DNA from: an uncultured Bdellovibrionales bacterium
Lineage (GTDB): Bacteria; Bdellovibrionota; Bdellovibrionia; Bdellovibrionales; UBA1609
DNA length: 64,000 nt
Assembly: GCA_903833275.1 (NCBI GenBank)
Contig: CAILEP010000035.1
Span: 41,602-105,601 of the forward strand
Direction of reading: 5' to 3'
Positions within the stretch are counted from its first letter, which is position 1; every line of letters starts with the position of its first letter. This document shows positions 33,091 to 41,742 of this stretch, in pieces. Both the position numbers and the translations under genes were made by a program. The notes under the pieces were generated by a model that had not been told where the DNA came from, searched no databases, and saw nothing but the letters and a program-made list of their open reading frames with translations.

Positions 33091-36000
33091 ATGAGCGGGC
33101 GACGACTTCTCTTTATGGCGGTGCTTTACCCAACGTTGTTGTGGGCGGCAGTGCCTGCGACTGTTCAGGAGCTTAACGAACACTCTTACAGCGAAGTCAT
33201 TTCAGAGCTCGCCAAATCTGGCGCCGAAACAAAAGAAATTCTATCGCTCATGGCCGAGTTAAACGGCACTGGCACAAGTGTCGAAGAGGCAGCAAAAAAG
33301 CTAGCTCTACAGGCCGACGAGAATATTCTATTTTCGATCTTAGTGCGAATTGAGCACGAGTTTGTTTCGAAGAACATTCAGGGTAGTTTGGCCGAAAATT
33401 TGATCGAAATCGTCGGTAAAGTTGCGAGCCAGAAATATGAAGACATTTTGCGAAGTTTTCGCGAGCAATTGAACGACAAGGCGCTCAATTTTGGTCAGCA
33501 TCGAAAAATATTGCGCCGAACAATAGAAGCGGCACTAGCGCAGGTGAGAACTCGCACTGAAATTGGTCAACTGACTCAGGTTGAAATTGCGCCAAGCGAG
33601 GTGTCAACATTGCCGTTTGGTATGAAATCCTTCAAAGAATATTTGACCAAAGCCGCAAGCGAACAGGCGAAGCAAGGTAGCAGCGCAGGCCGAAACGCGA
33701 AGAATGGTCAGCCGAGCACTCCTGAAGGTTTTGTGCTAATGGCCACGTCGCAAATATTGACCGATGAAATTCGGCGCGAGCGAGCCGCGGGCACCGCTAA
33801 AGCCTTTATTGGTCGTGAAGAAGAGAAAGAGCAAGCGCGTAACGTGATGTTGCGGTCTAAAAATAAAATGCCAGTTTTGGTTGGGCCTTCTGGCGTTGGT
33901 AAATCGACAGTGGCGCTTATGTTGGCTGAAGATTTTTACGATGGTAAAATACCTGATTCGGAGGTTTTTAGAGAGCAATTTAAAAACGCTGAAGTGATCG
34001 AAACTTCTCCGGCCCGAATTTCTCAAATGGCTTTGTCCAATGAGCCCACGGCCCAAGCCGCCGCGCTCGAAATGTTTTTCGATGATGTTCGTCGTGTTGA
34101 AGAAAACTATCGCGAACGCACCGGCAAAGTGAAGCCGATCATCGTTTTAATTGATAACGTTCAGTCTTTTGATCCGCCCCAGATGGCGGCACTTATGCAG
34201 ACTCTCGAAAACAACAAAACCCCTATTCGAGTTATTGGTACGGCCCTGAGCGAAGCTCTCGACCTTAAAACCAAAATGACGGCCGGCATGGCTAAGGTTT
34301 TTGAAAAGATCGCGATCAGAGAGTTTTCAGTTGAAGAGGCGCGTGCTCGAATCGTTGAAACGTGGGCGCCAGAGTTTAAGAAAAAATTTAACGTGACCTT
34401 TGATAATGGCGCCCTTGACGCTGTTTTTCGGGTATCGAAGTACTTGAAGCCGAACAGTGCTCTGCCCGAAGGGCCGATTCGCGCTCTCGAAGACTATTCT
34501 ATCTATATACATGCTAAAAATCCGAAACAAGAAATCGTGGTCACCGGTCGAATGATCTATGATTATGCCCAAAAAATTACTGGCTTGCCGGTCAACCCTC
34601 TCGATGCAGCTGGTTTCTCCGAATATATTGATGGCGTTAGGGCCAAGTTAAATGAGCGTGTTGTTAATCAAGAGCCCATGGTGAAAGTTGCGGTCGACGC
34701 TCTCGAGCGAGCTTTAAGCGGTGACCCGCGTAAGCCAGTCTCAGTTCTTTTTGCGGGCCCAACAGGGGTCGGTAAGACTCTGGTCGGGCAATCTCTTGCT
34801 GAATTCGCGTTCAATGATAAAAATCGTTTCTTTGAAATCGACGGTACCGCTCTTCAAGACGGTAAATATTCGTTGGGTTCAATCTTTGGTGTGCCAACGG
34901 GCATTCAAGGCGCGGATGTTTCATCTGGTGAACTCATGGAGTGGATGGATGACCCGGCCCGCGGCAAATTCGGCGGCATTATCCTGATCAACGAAGCTGA
35001 TAAAATGCACCTGGATGGCTGGAAGCGCCTGATGGAGTTTCTAGATCGAGGCGCACTCTCTGGTGGCGACGGCAAACTTCGCTACGGCAATCGACATATC
35101 GTGATCTTCACATCGAACAAGGGCACGAAGAAAGTGTTTCCGGATTCGTTTGTCGGTTGGTCAGATGCTGAAATTGAAACTCGCGCTAAAAACACCTCAA
35201 CGCAGTTTCTTAAAAACATGCTGCTAGAGCGTGATCTCGAGCCGTCGAAAAACGAAGTTATTTTGACGCCCGAAATTGTCGGTCGAATTGATTTGGCGGC
35301 ATTGGCCTTGCCGGTTACCAAGACCACGGCACCAAGAATTACTGAAATTGAAACTCGTGAGTTCTTAAAGAATTTCAAAGCGACCTACGACGTTGACGTT
35401 GAGGTGAGCAAAGAGCTCAATGCGCAACTTGGGTTGACGGGCGTAAACTTTTTGTCAGGCGCGCGTAATATTCGAAATCAGGTGTCAGAGTATTTAACTC
35501 CCGCATTAAATGCAGCCCGAAAAAAATGGGCTTTAGCAGGTGGCCACACCTTGAAGTTGTCTCTTGAGGCCGCGCAGCCAGGGCAAGCGCCACAAATTGA
35601 AATCGAATTTAACGGCGAGAAGATCACGAGCCCGGCGCCTCAGTTAGCCCATGAAAACCCGCTCGAAGACCCCACCGTGCGCGACATGCTCGCTCATCTC
35701 TCTGAAAAAATGCACAGCCACATGCCCGAACAGCCTGAGGCGGTGGATATTATCGTAAGCGCTGTTCATGGTAAGTACGGTGATGTAAATCGCAAACGCC
35801 CGATTTCAATTTTGTTAGTGGGCCGCACAGGTCTTGGTAAGACCGAAATCGGCAAAGCCTTGGGTTTTGCCGTCTATGGCGATACCGAGAGATATTCGGC
35901 AATACCAATGAGCGATGTTGTTGATGAGCAGAGCTGGAACGAAGTGTTCATCCCGCAATTTGAGCGCGCACTAATGAACAACCCACAAGGTGGCGTTATT

Positions 36001-37314
36001 ATACCTGACGAGTTTTCAAACGTCGGTGGCGGCAACGTTCAGAAGAAAAAGGCTTTGCTGCTTAAATTTTTACATTTGCTCGAAGAAGGCACCTGGGTTT
36101 CGCCAGTCGACCCAACGCGAGTCTACGATTTGCGAAAGTACATCGTATTGTTTACCGGTAATGATCTTGAGACTCTTACTCAGGGTGTAACCAGTGACGA
36201 AGAGAATTTGAATATCTGGAAGGACAATCACTCGCGTGCGAAAGTTGAAACTCACTTAAAAGCCAATGGCGTGCCTGAGTCGTTTCTCAGCCGCCAAGAC
36301 GCGGTTTTGATGATCAAGCCTCTTACTGGTGAAGGCAAAGGTCGAGTCACTGATCGAATATTGATTGAGATCAGCAATCGGTTAATGAAACAACATAAAG
36401 GCGTCAAGTTTAAGTGGGGTGAGAAATTCACCTCGCAGATGGGTCATAGCTTTTTTACCCACGCTCGTGGGGCACGCAGTGTGCGCTCGGTTCTTGAAAA
36501 CACCGTGGCCGCCATGGTGACCGAAGTTTTGACGAAGTTTGGCTACGATCAGAAAAATCTCGACGGCTCTGAAATTCACTTTTCTATCACCGATAACGCC
36601 ATCACAAAGCCCTATATCAAGGGTCACGAATTGCCTCAGCGTGAGGTGATTTTAACGGCAGAGCTCTATAAGGGCGGCGAGCGCCGAGAGTCGCTAAGTG
36701 TAAATGCCACAGAATCGGCAGAGCCCATACAGCTCTTAACCGAGGCTGAAGCCGATTTAGCGAGTTATCACGAATTGGGGCATGCGCTGTTGAACGACGA
36801 GAGCCTAACGGGCCTCAGGCTTGTTCGAATCAGCATTCGAGGTCGATTGATCAATGGCGAATCTGTTATTGGTTACAATAGATATGACACTGTTCGCGGG
36901 GCTTCTCCGAGCCTTACTAGGCGCAGCGTTTTGGCGCGCTTAAAAATGCTCTGGGGTGGTCGCTTGGCCCAAGAGAAAGCTAATTTCGACCCCGATTCGG
37001 GTTGGGAAACTGACCTCGCGAACATGCGACAGATCGCCACCGATTATTTCAAAAAATACGGTTTGAAAGATGGTCTTGAGGCGATGAACCTCGATAGCGA
37101 TGGGCGCCCTCAGCCAAGTCGCGAGCAAACTGTTGAAATGCAAACTGAGATGAAAGCCCTTTTTGATGAATCACGAAAAATGGCAGAGCAAGAGCTTGAA
37201 GTCGTTTGGCCAAAGCTTCTTGAGGCTCACGCGTTGTTAAAAGAGCGCGGTGATATCGAAGGTTCAGAGTTACATGCGAAACCTGCAAAGACCTGTGCCG
37301 ACGAATTAAAGTAG
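33091..37314 (+). CDS. signal-peptide-bearing protein with three Clp-like AAA+ modules and a C-terminal FtsH/M41-like metalloprotease domain
   Basis: Signal peptide MSGRRLLFMAVLYPTLLWAAVPA. Walker A boxes lie at 33883 (GPSGVGKS), 34756 (GPTGVGKT) and 35821 (GRTGLGKT). Clp signatures are 'FIGREEEKEQ', 'VVNQEPMVKVAVDAL' and sensor-1 'IFTSN'/'LFTGN'. M41 signatures are 'SYHELGHALL' (HExxH at 36769-36783), 'ISIRGR', 'WGGRLAQE' and 'DLANMRQIATDYFKKYGL'. Confidence 0.8.
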   Translation: MSGRRLLFMAVLYPTLLWAAVPATVQELNEHSYSEVISELAKSGAETKEILSLMAELNGTGTSVEEAAKKLALQADENILFSILVRIEHEFVSKNIQGSLAENLIEIVGKVASQKYEDILRSFREQLNDKALNFGQHRKILRRTIEAALAQVRTRTEIGQLTQVEIAPSEVSTLPFGMKSFKEYLTKAASEQAKQGSSAGRNAKNGQPSTPEGFVLMATSQILTDEIRRERAAGTAKAFIGREEEKEQARNVMLRSKNKMPVLVGPSGVGKSTVALMLAEDFYDGKIPDSEVFREQFKNAEVIETSPARISQMALSNEPTAQAAALEMFFDDVRRVEENYRERTGKVKPIIVLIDNVQSFDPPQMAALMQTLENNKTPIRVIGTALSEALDLKTKMTAGMAKVFEKIAIREFSVEEARARIVETWAPEFKKKFNVTFDNGALDAVFRVSKYLKPNSALPEGPIRALEDYSIYIHAKNPKQEIVVTGRMIYDYAQKITGLPVNPLDAAGFSEYIDGVRAKLNERVVNQEPMVKVAVDALERALSGDPRKPVSVLFAGPTGVGKTLVGQSLAEFAFNDKNRFFEIDGTALQDGKYSLGSIFGVPTGIQGADVSSGELMEWMDDPARGKFGGIILINEADKMHLDGWKRLMEFLDRGALSGGDGKLRYGNRHIVIFTSNKGTKKVFPDSFVGWSDAEIETRAKNTSTQFLKNMLLERDLEPSKNEVILTPEIVGRIDLAALALPVTKTTAPRITEIETREFLKNFKATYDVDVEVSKELNAQLGLTGVNFLSGARNIRNQVSEYLTPALNAARKKWALAGGHTLKLSLEAAQPGQAPQIEIEFNGEKITSPAPQLAHENPLEDPTVRDMLAHLSEKMHSHMPEQPEAVDIIVSAVHGKYGDVNRKRPISILLVGRTGLGKTEIGKALGFAVYGDTERYSAIPMSDVVDEQSWNEVFIPQFERALMNNPQGGVIIPDEFSNVGGGNVQKKKALLLKFLHLLEEGTWVSPVDPTRVYDLRKYIVLFTGNDLETLTQGVTSDEENLNIWKDNHSRAKVETHLKANGVPESFLSRQDAVLMIKPLTGEGKGRVTDRILIEISNRLMKQHKGVKFKWGEKFTSQMGHSFFTHARGARSVRSVLENTVAAMVTEVLTKFGYDQKNLDGSEIHFSITDNAITKPYIKGHELPQREVILTAELYKGGERRESLSVNATESAEPIQLLTEAEADLASYHELGHALLNDESLTGLRLVRISIRGRLINGESVIGYNRYDTVRGASPSLTRRSVLARLKMLWGGRLAQEKANFDPDSGWETDLANMRQIATDYFKKYGLKDGLEAMNLDSDGRPQPSREQTVEMQTEMKALFDESRKMAEQELEVVWPKLLEAHALLKERGDIEGSELHAKPAKTCADELK

Positions 37315-37322
37315 TCAGGCAG

Positions 37323-38081
37323 ATGCAATACGCGCGCACACGCAATCGTTTCGACCCTCTCTCTGAGAAACCGTTTCGCCTTTCTCGATCAAAGCTTGAA
37401 CTGTTCATGAATTGTCAGCGCTGTTTCTACCTCGATCGCCGCTTAGGGATCGGGGCGCCGCCGAGCTTTCCGTTTAACTTAAATAATGCCGTTGATGCGC
37501 TTTTAAAAAAAGAATTCGATGAATATCGCGAACGGGGCATCCCGCACCCCTTGATGACTAAGAACAAGATCGCAGCCGTGCCGTTTCGTCATGAGAAGAT
37601 GGATCACTGGCGAGACGCTCTTCGTGGCGGGGTTTCATTTCACCACGCCGAAAGCAATTTTACCTTATCGGGCGGTATCGACGACCTTTGGCTCAATGGT
37701 GCGGGAGAGTTGATTATTGTTGATTACAAAGCCACCTCGAAGGCTGAGCGCGTATCGCTCGATGCCGATTGGCAAATTAGCTATAAGCGCCAATTAGAAG
37801 TTTATGCTTGGCTCTTTAGCCAAAATGATTTCAAGGTAGCCGAGGTGGGCTATTTCGTTTACTGCAATGCGCTCGCAACTGGGGCGCGCTTTGATCAGCG
37901 TCTTGATTTTGATATTTCGTTTTTGCCCTATAAAATTTCGGATGGTTGGGTCGGGCCGGCATTAAATCGCGCACGCGAATGTTTGCTGCAAAGCGAATTG
38001 CCGATTTATGGCGAAAACTGCGTTTACTGCGGCTACAATGAGGCCATTGGGCGTCTTAACAATCAGCTCAGTCTTTTTTAG
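37323..38081 (+). CDS. PD-(D/E)XK nuclease, RecB/Cas4-like
   Basis: 'GGIDDLW...LIIVDYKATSK' (D...DxK) and 'YKRQLEVYAWL' (QxxxY), with Cys pairs 'CQRC' near the N-terminus and 'CVYC' near the C-terminus. It starts 8 nt after the upstream stop. Confidence 0.75.
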   Translation: MQYARTRNRFDPLSEKPFRLSRSKLELFMNCQRCFYLDRRLGIGAPPSFPFNLNNAVDALLKKEFDEYRERGIPHPLMTKNKIAAVPFRHEKMDHWRDALRGGVSFHHAESNFTLSGGIDDLWLNGAGELIIVDYKATSKAERVSLDADWQISYKRQLEVYAWLFSQNDFKVAEVGYFVYCNALATGARFDQRLDFDISFLPYKISDGWVGPALNRARECLLQSELPIYGENCVYCGYNEAIGRLNNQLSLF

Positions 38082-38171
38082 TTAAAATTTAACTACAAAA
38101 AATCCACCTAGACCGGCGTATTTCAATGCATAAGGATCGGATGTAAGTTGCTCGTGATTGAAGGGTGATTT

Positions 38172-38690
38172 ATGAGCCACGCAGCAGAGAGGGGGGTGTG
38201 TATGACATTAGTTGGCGCTATATTTACGGGATTAATGTTTTTATTTTTCGTCGCGCCTTGGATATCAATTCTATTGAGCCCATTTTTGGGGCTTGCCGCG
38301 GCAGGTTCAATGGCCGGAGGCCGTTCGCTGCGCGCCACGCAAAGAACTTTGGCGAGATTTCGATTTTATGCCAGCACTCGAGAAATATTGTCTCGTTATT
38401 TTTACGCCCTGCCACACGCAATTGCCGTCTGTTCCTGTGCGCGTGAGGTGGATGGTCGTAAAATTCTTTCGGTGCAATTCAAAGCACCAGGGGTTAGCTG
38501 GAGTCACCTAGTAAGTGGTACCACGTTTGAGGCCGTATCAGCGCGTTTGCAAAGCAAACTAAAGCGTGAGGCGGGCAGTATGCCGAAATGTGGCGAAATG
38601 AATTGCTGCAATCTAGGTCATTGCCCGCGTCGAAAGTGCAAACAGGCAGACAAAGAGTTTTTTAGAATCACGACGCCGGTCATGGTTTAG
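38172..38690 (+). CDS. hypothetical membrane protein with a Cys-rich C-terminus
   Basis: 172 aa with two TM helices and the tail 'CGEMNCCNLGHCPRRKC'. Several ORFs on both strands overlap it, so its coding status is uncertain. Confidence 0.4.
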   Translation: MSHAAERGVCMTLVGAIFTGLMFLFFVAPWISILLSPFLGLAAAGSMAGGRSLRATQRTLARFRFYASTREILSRYFYALPHAIAVCSCAREVDGRKILSVQFKAPGVSWSHLVSGTTFEAVSARLQSKLKREAGSMPKCGEMNCCNLGHCPRRKCKQADKEFFRITTPVMV

Positions 38691-38758
38691 TTCGCGGCGG
38701 ATGTTGCTGCTCCCAAAAGATTGACATTGCCAGCGGGCGGCCTATTTTTATAGGCAAT

Positions 38759-39280
38759 ATGAGTAAGCCAAAGTCGTCTTCGATTTTTAAGATTGAAGAG
38801 GCCTTCTTAGGCCTCGGTGTCTGCATTAGAGACTCGGAGCTTCGTGTTCTTTATCAAAATGAAGAATGTATCAGTCGTTGTGGCTCGAGGGCTGCCTCAA
38901 TTTGCAGAGGCAACCTTGTGGGCCCACAGGCGGACGAAAAGACGGTTCATAGAGTGTTGATGTCAAACGAGCTTGCCTCAAATAACGAGTTGATCGAATG
39001 CGTGATCGTTAAAAATGAAAAGCATATAATTGCAATTCAAGTCCATGCCAACCAGCAGGTGGTGTCGTTGTTACAACAACTCGAGCGTTCTGAGTTAACC
39101 CCTGCCGAGTTGGCAGTGGTTAAATTGAAGCTTTGTGGGCGCAGCCACGTTGAAATATCTAAACAGTTGTTCATCAGCCGTGCGACAGTTAAAACGCATC
39201 TCAATAATATTTACGCGAAAATACCGGCTGGCTTAAAAGAAGAAATTTTGCACGTTCGAAACGAAGTGGCTAGTCCGTAA
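38759..39280 (+). CDS. LuxR/GerE-family transcriptional regulator with a Cys-containing N-terminal domain
   Basis: C-terminal HTH 'LTPAELAVVKLKLCGRSHVEISKQLFISRATVKTHLNNIYAKI'. The N-terminal ~100 aa carry 4 Cys (CIRD...CISRC...ICRG). Confidence 0.75.
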   Translation: MSKPKSSSIFKIEEAFLGLGVCIRDSELRVLYQNEECISRCGSRAASICRGNLVGPQADEKTVHRVLMSNELASNNELIECVIVKNEKHIIAIQVHANQQVVSLLQQLERSELTPAELAVVKLKLCGRSHVEISKQLFISRATVKTHLNNIYAKIPAGLKEEILHVRNEVASP

Positions 39281-40415
39281 TCCAATTTGAAGCGTACTCT
39301 TTGCCGCACCTTGGGTCGCGAAAAATGACTCGCTTAGGGTTTTTACTATTCTCGTAGTAAACCAAATTTCGCATTTCAAAATACGAGGACACCTGCCATG
39401 TGCCAATAAGCCGGGTTTGATCAAGGCTGTTTCGTTCTTCAAGAAAAATTTGAGAGGCCAGTTTGCGATCGCCTTGGCCGGGGGTTGATAGAAAGGTTTC
39501 GCTCACTTGGGTCGGAAGGTCGAGCGATATCGCCTGTTGCCCAACGGAAGCATCAAACCTCTCAGGCGTTTGAGTAAAATCTTTTTCAGAGTGCCAACGA
39601 TTCTGTTCGTAAACCGGCGATCTTTTCGCCAATACGGCCATCGACTTCGCAATTTCGTCACAATGGTCATTCGAACTTTGAATTAGATCTTTCAGGTAGT
39701 CGTGATCATTTCGATAATCACTGAATGCCTGGCGCGGCAAAATCTCGACCGTCAGATTTTTCAGGTCAGGTTCGCCCGTTGCGCTATCGAAGCGCAATCG
39801 TGAGGGGTGAATAATAATATCAGAAGTTAGAAATCGCGGGTTTTCGCCAATTTGCACAACTTCGCAGCGCCCGGTCTTTTCAAATTCTACCTGCCACTGA
39901 TAGCCTTCGCCTTCCATTATAAGGCTCAGCCTTGGTTCGGGTCGTTCGCCTTTGCAAATAAGCTGAGTTTCAAACTTCTGTTTGGGTGGCGAAACCTGTT
40001 TGGCGAGACTGCTTTTGACAAGTTCGGTCAGCATTTTCGAATAGTTTTTCGAAAGAGCCATATAATAATAAGGGTTGGGTTTCGGGGCAGGGTATTGCCG
40101 GTTCGTTTTGGTATTGAGCACAACGGTGTTGGTGTTGAGGGCCAGAGGGTCCTCGCTCGACGACTCGTGGGTGACAATAGTGACATAGAATTCAAAGGGC
40201 AGTAAGCCCGGCCATTTTTCAGCCGTACAAAGTACAATCTGGCTGTCTTCAGCTGCAATTTTGGCACGAACGGGCATTGCGGTCTCGGGGCACGGTTTGC
40301 TAATAGGAGACTCGGTCAGCGTGCGAATTTGTGAATCAGCTAACGAGTGACTACAAAGGCAAGCGAACGTACAAAAAAGCCCCACTAAATTTTGAAAATT
40401 CAATTTTAAGGTCAT
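39270..40415 (-). CDS. secreted hypothetical protein
   Basis: 381 aa with a signal peptide (LVGLFCTFACLCSHSLA) and no recognised motif. Its 3' end overlaps the convergent LuxR gene by 11 nt. Confidence 0.6.
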   Translation of the reverse strand: MTLKLNFQNLVGLFCTFACLCSHSLADSQIRTLTESPISKPCPETAMPVRAKIAAEDSQIVLCTAEKWPGLLPFEFYVTIVTHESSSEDPLALNTNTVVLNTKTNRQYPAPKPNPYYYMALSKNYSKMLTELVKSSLAKQVSPPKQKFETQLICKGERPEPRLSLIMEGEGYQWQVEFEKTGRCEVVQIGENPRFLTSDIIIHPSRLRFDSATGEPDLKNLTVEILPRQAFSDYRNDHDYLKDLIQSSNDHCDEIAKSMAVLAKRSPVYEQNRWHSEKDFTQTPERFDASVGQQAISLDLPTQVSETFLSTPGQGDRKLASQIFLEERNSLDQTRLIGTWQVSSYFEMRNLVYYENSKNPKRVIFRDPRCGKEYASNWITD

Positions 40416-40529
40416 AGAAAAAGGTTATGGCGCTGCGGGCGCGAATGCAATTTATTTCGAATACAGTTATGACATTTGGGTTGCGATGTGAGCTGTACGA
40501 TTCAATTTTTATGTGATGAGATTTAACTT

Positions 40530-41711
40530 ATGAATTCGACAATATTTCGTTTGGGTCTAGTTTCATTTTTTGCCGACATTTCGAGCGAGATGCTTTACCC
40601 AGTAACCCCACTGTTTCTGACAGTTGTTTTGGGTTCTAGCATGCTGCAGGTTGGGGTTATCGAAGGGGCAGCTGAGGGCATTGCAAGTCTTTTGAAGACC
40701 TATTTTGGCGCGTGGTCAGATAGAACGCAAAAGCGCTTACCCTTTGTTTTCACGGGTTATCTATTGTCGGCACTTTCAAAGCCACTTATTGGATTGTCGT
40801 CGTCTTGGTTTGGGGTCTTGGGAGCGAGAGCAGTTGACCGCGTCGGCAAAGGCGTACGGACAGCCCCGCGAGATGCCCTGCTGGGCGAATCGGTGGTTGC
40901 AGAAGAGCGCGGGCGAGCCTTCGGGTTTCATCGCGGCATGGATTCGGCTGGGGCCGCTATTGGGCCACTGCTCGCGCTTTTTGTGACCAGCGAAAACATG
41001 CGGCAGTATTACTATTGGGCCGTCGTGCCAGGCCTAATCGCAGCCGCCCTTGTTCTGACGGTGAGGCCATTAGGGACTCCGCAGGTGACACCAAAGAAAC
41101 CCCCAGCGCCAAAAGTGGCCTTTTCAGTTTTCTGGCGAGCCCAGACTTCAAATTTTAAAAAATTCGCCTTTGCTCTTGGTATTTTTGCGTTCACCAATTC
41201 GAGCGATGCATTTTTGCTTTTAAAAGTGAAGGCGAGCGGTTATTCGTTTTTTGCGACAATCATGTTTTATTGCCTCTACAATTTAATTTATTCGATATTT
41301 AGCCCTATTTTCGGTCGTTTTTCAGATCGATCGCGGCACGGCTTTATTTACGGTCGGCAAAGAATGTTTTCTATCGGGCTGCTGATTTTTGTTTTGGTTT
41401 ATATTGGTTTTTCGATCGCCCATTTGTCCTTGTGGGCATTTGGATTGCTGTTTTTATGTTATGGTCTCTACATGGCGGCCACGGACGGTATCAGTAAGGC
41501 CTTAGCACTCGATTTTATGACCACAGAGATGCACGCAACCGGCCTCGGCCTCATCGGCACGATCACTGGCATTGCTACGATATTTGCGAGTGTTTCAGCC
41601 GGTTTCTTGTGGGATCATCTCGGGCCATCGTTCGCATTTCTTTATGGCGCCTCGGGTGCGATTGTCACTATCGTGCTGATTTTAGGGTTGAAAACAAAGA
41701 TTCCACATTGA
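40530..41711 (+). CDS. MFS transporter
   Basis: 393 aa with about 12 TM helices and the MFS loop 'GAWSDRTQKRLPF'/'RAVDRVGKGVRTAPRDAL'. Confidence 0.8.
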   Translation: MNSTIFRLGLVSFFADISSEMLYPVTPLFLTVVLGSSMLQVGVIEGAAEGIASLLKTYFGAWSDRTQKRLPFVFTGYLLSALSKPLIGLSSSWFGVLGARAVDRVGKGVRTAPRDALLGESVVAEERGRAFGFHRGMDSAGAAIGPLLALFVTSENMRQYYYWAVVPGLIAAALVLTVRPLGTPQVTPKKPPAPKVAFSVFWRAQTSNFKKFAFALGIFAFTNSSDAFLLLKVKASGYSFFATIMFYCLYNLIYSIFSPIFGRFSDRSRHGFIYGRQRMFSIGLLIFVLVYIGFSIAHLSLWAFGLLFLCYGLYMAATDGISKALALDFMTTEMHATGLGLIGTITGIATIFASVSAGFLWDHLGPSFAFLYGASGAIVTIVLILGLKTKIPH

Positions 41712-41742
41712 CATAGGTCGTGGCGTGTAAAACCATGATGGT

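Noticed and set aside
38123-38511. Cluster of overlapping 65-93-aa ORFs on both strands
   Set aside because: They all overlap the longer 38172-38690 frame, which has an SD-like AAGGG and TM helices. None has independent support.
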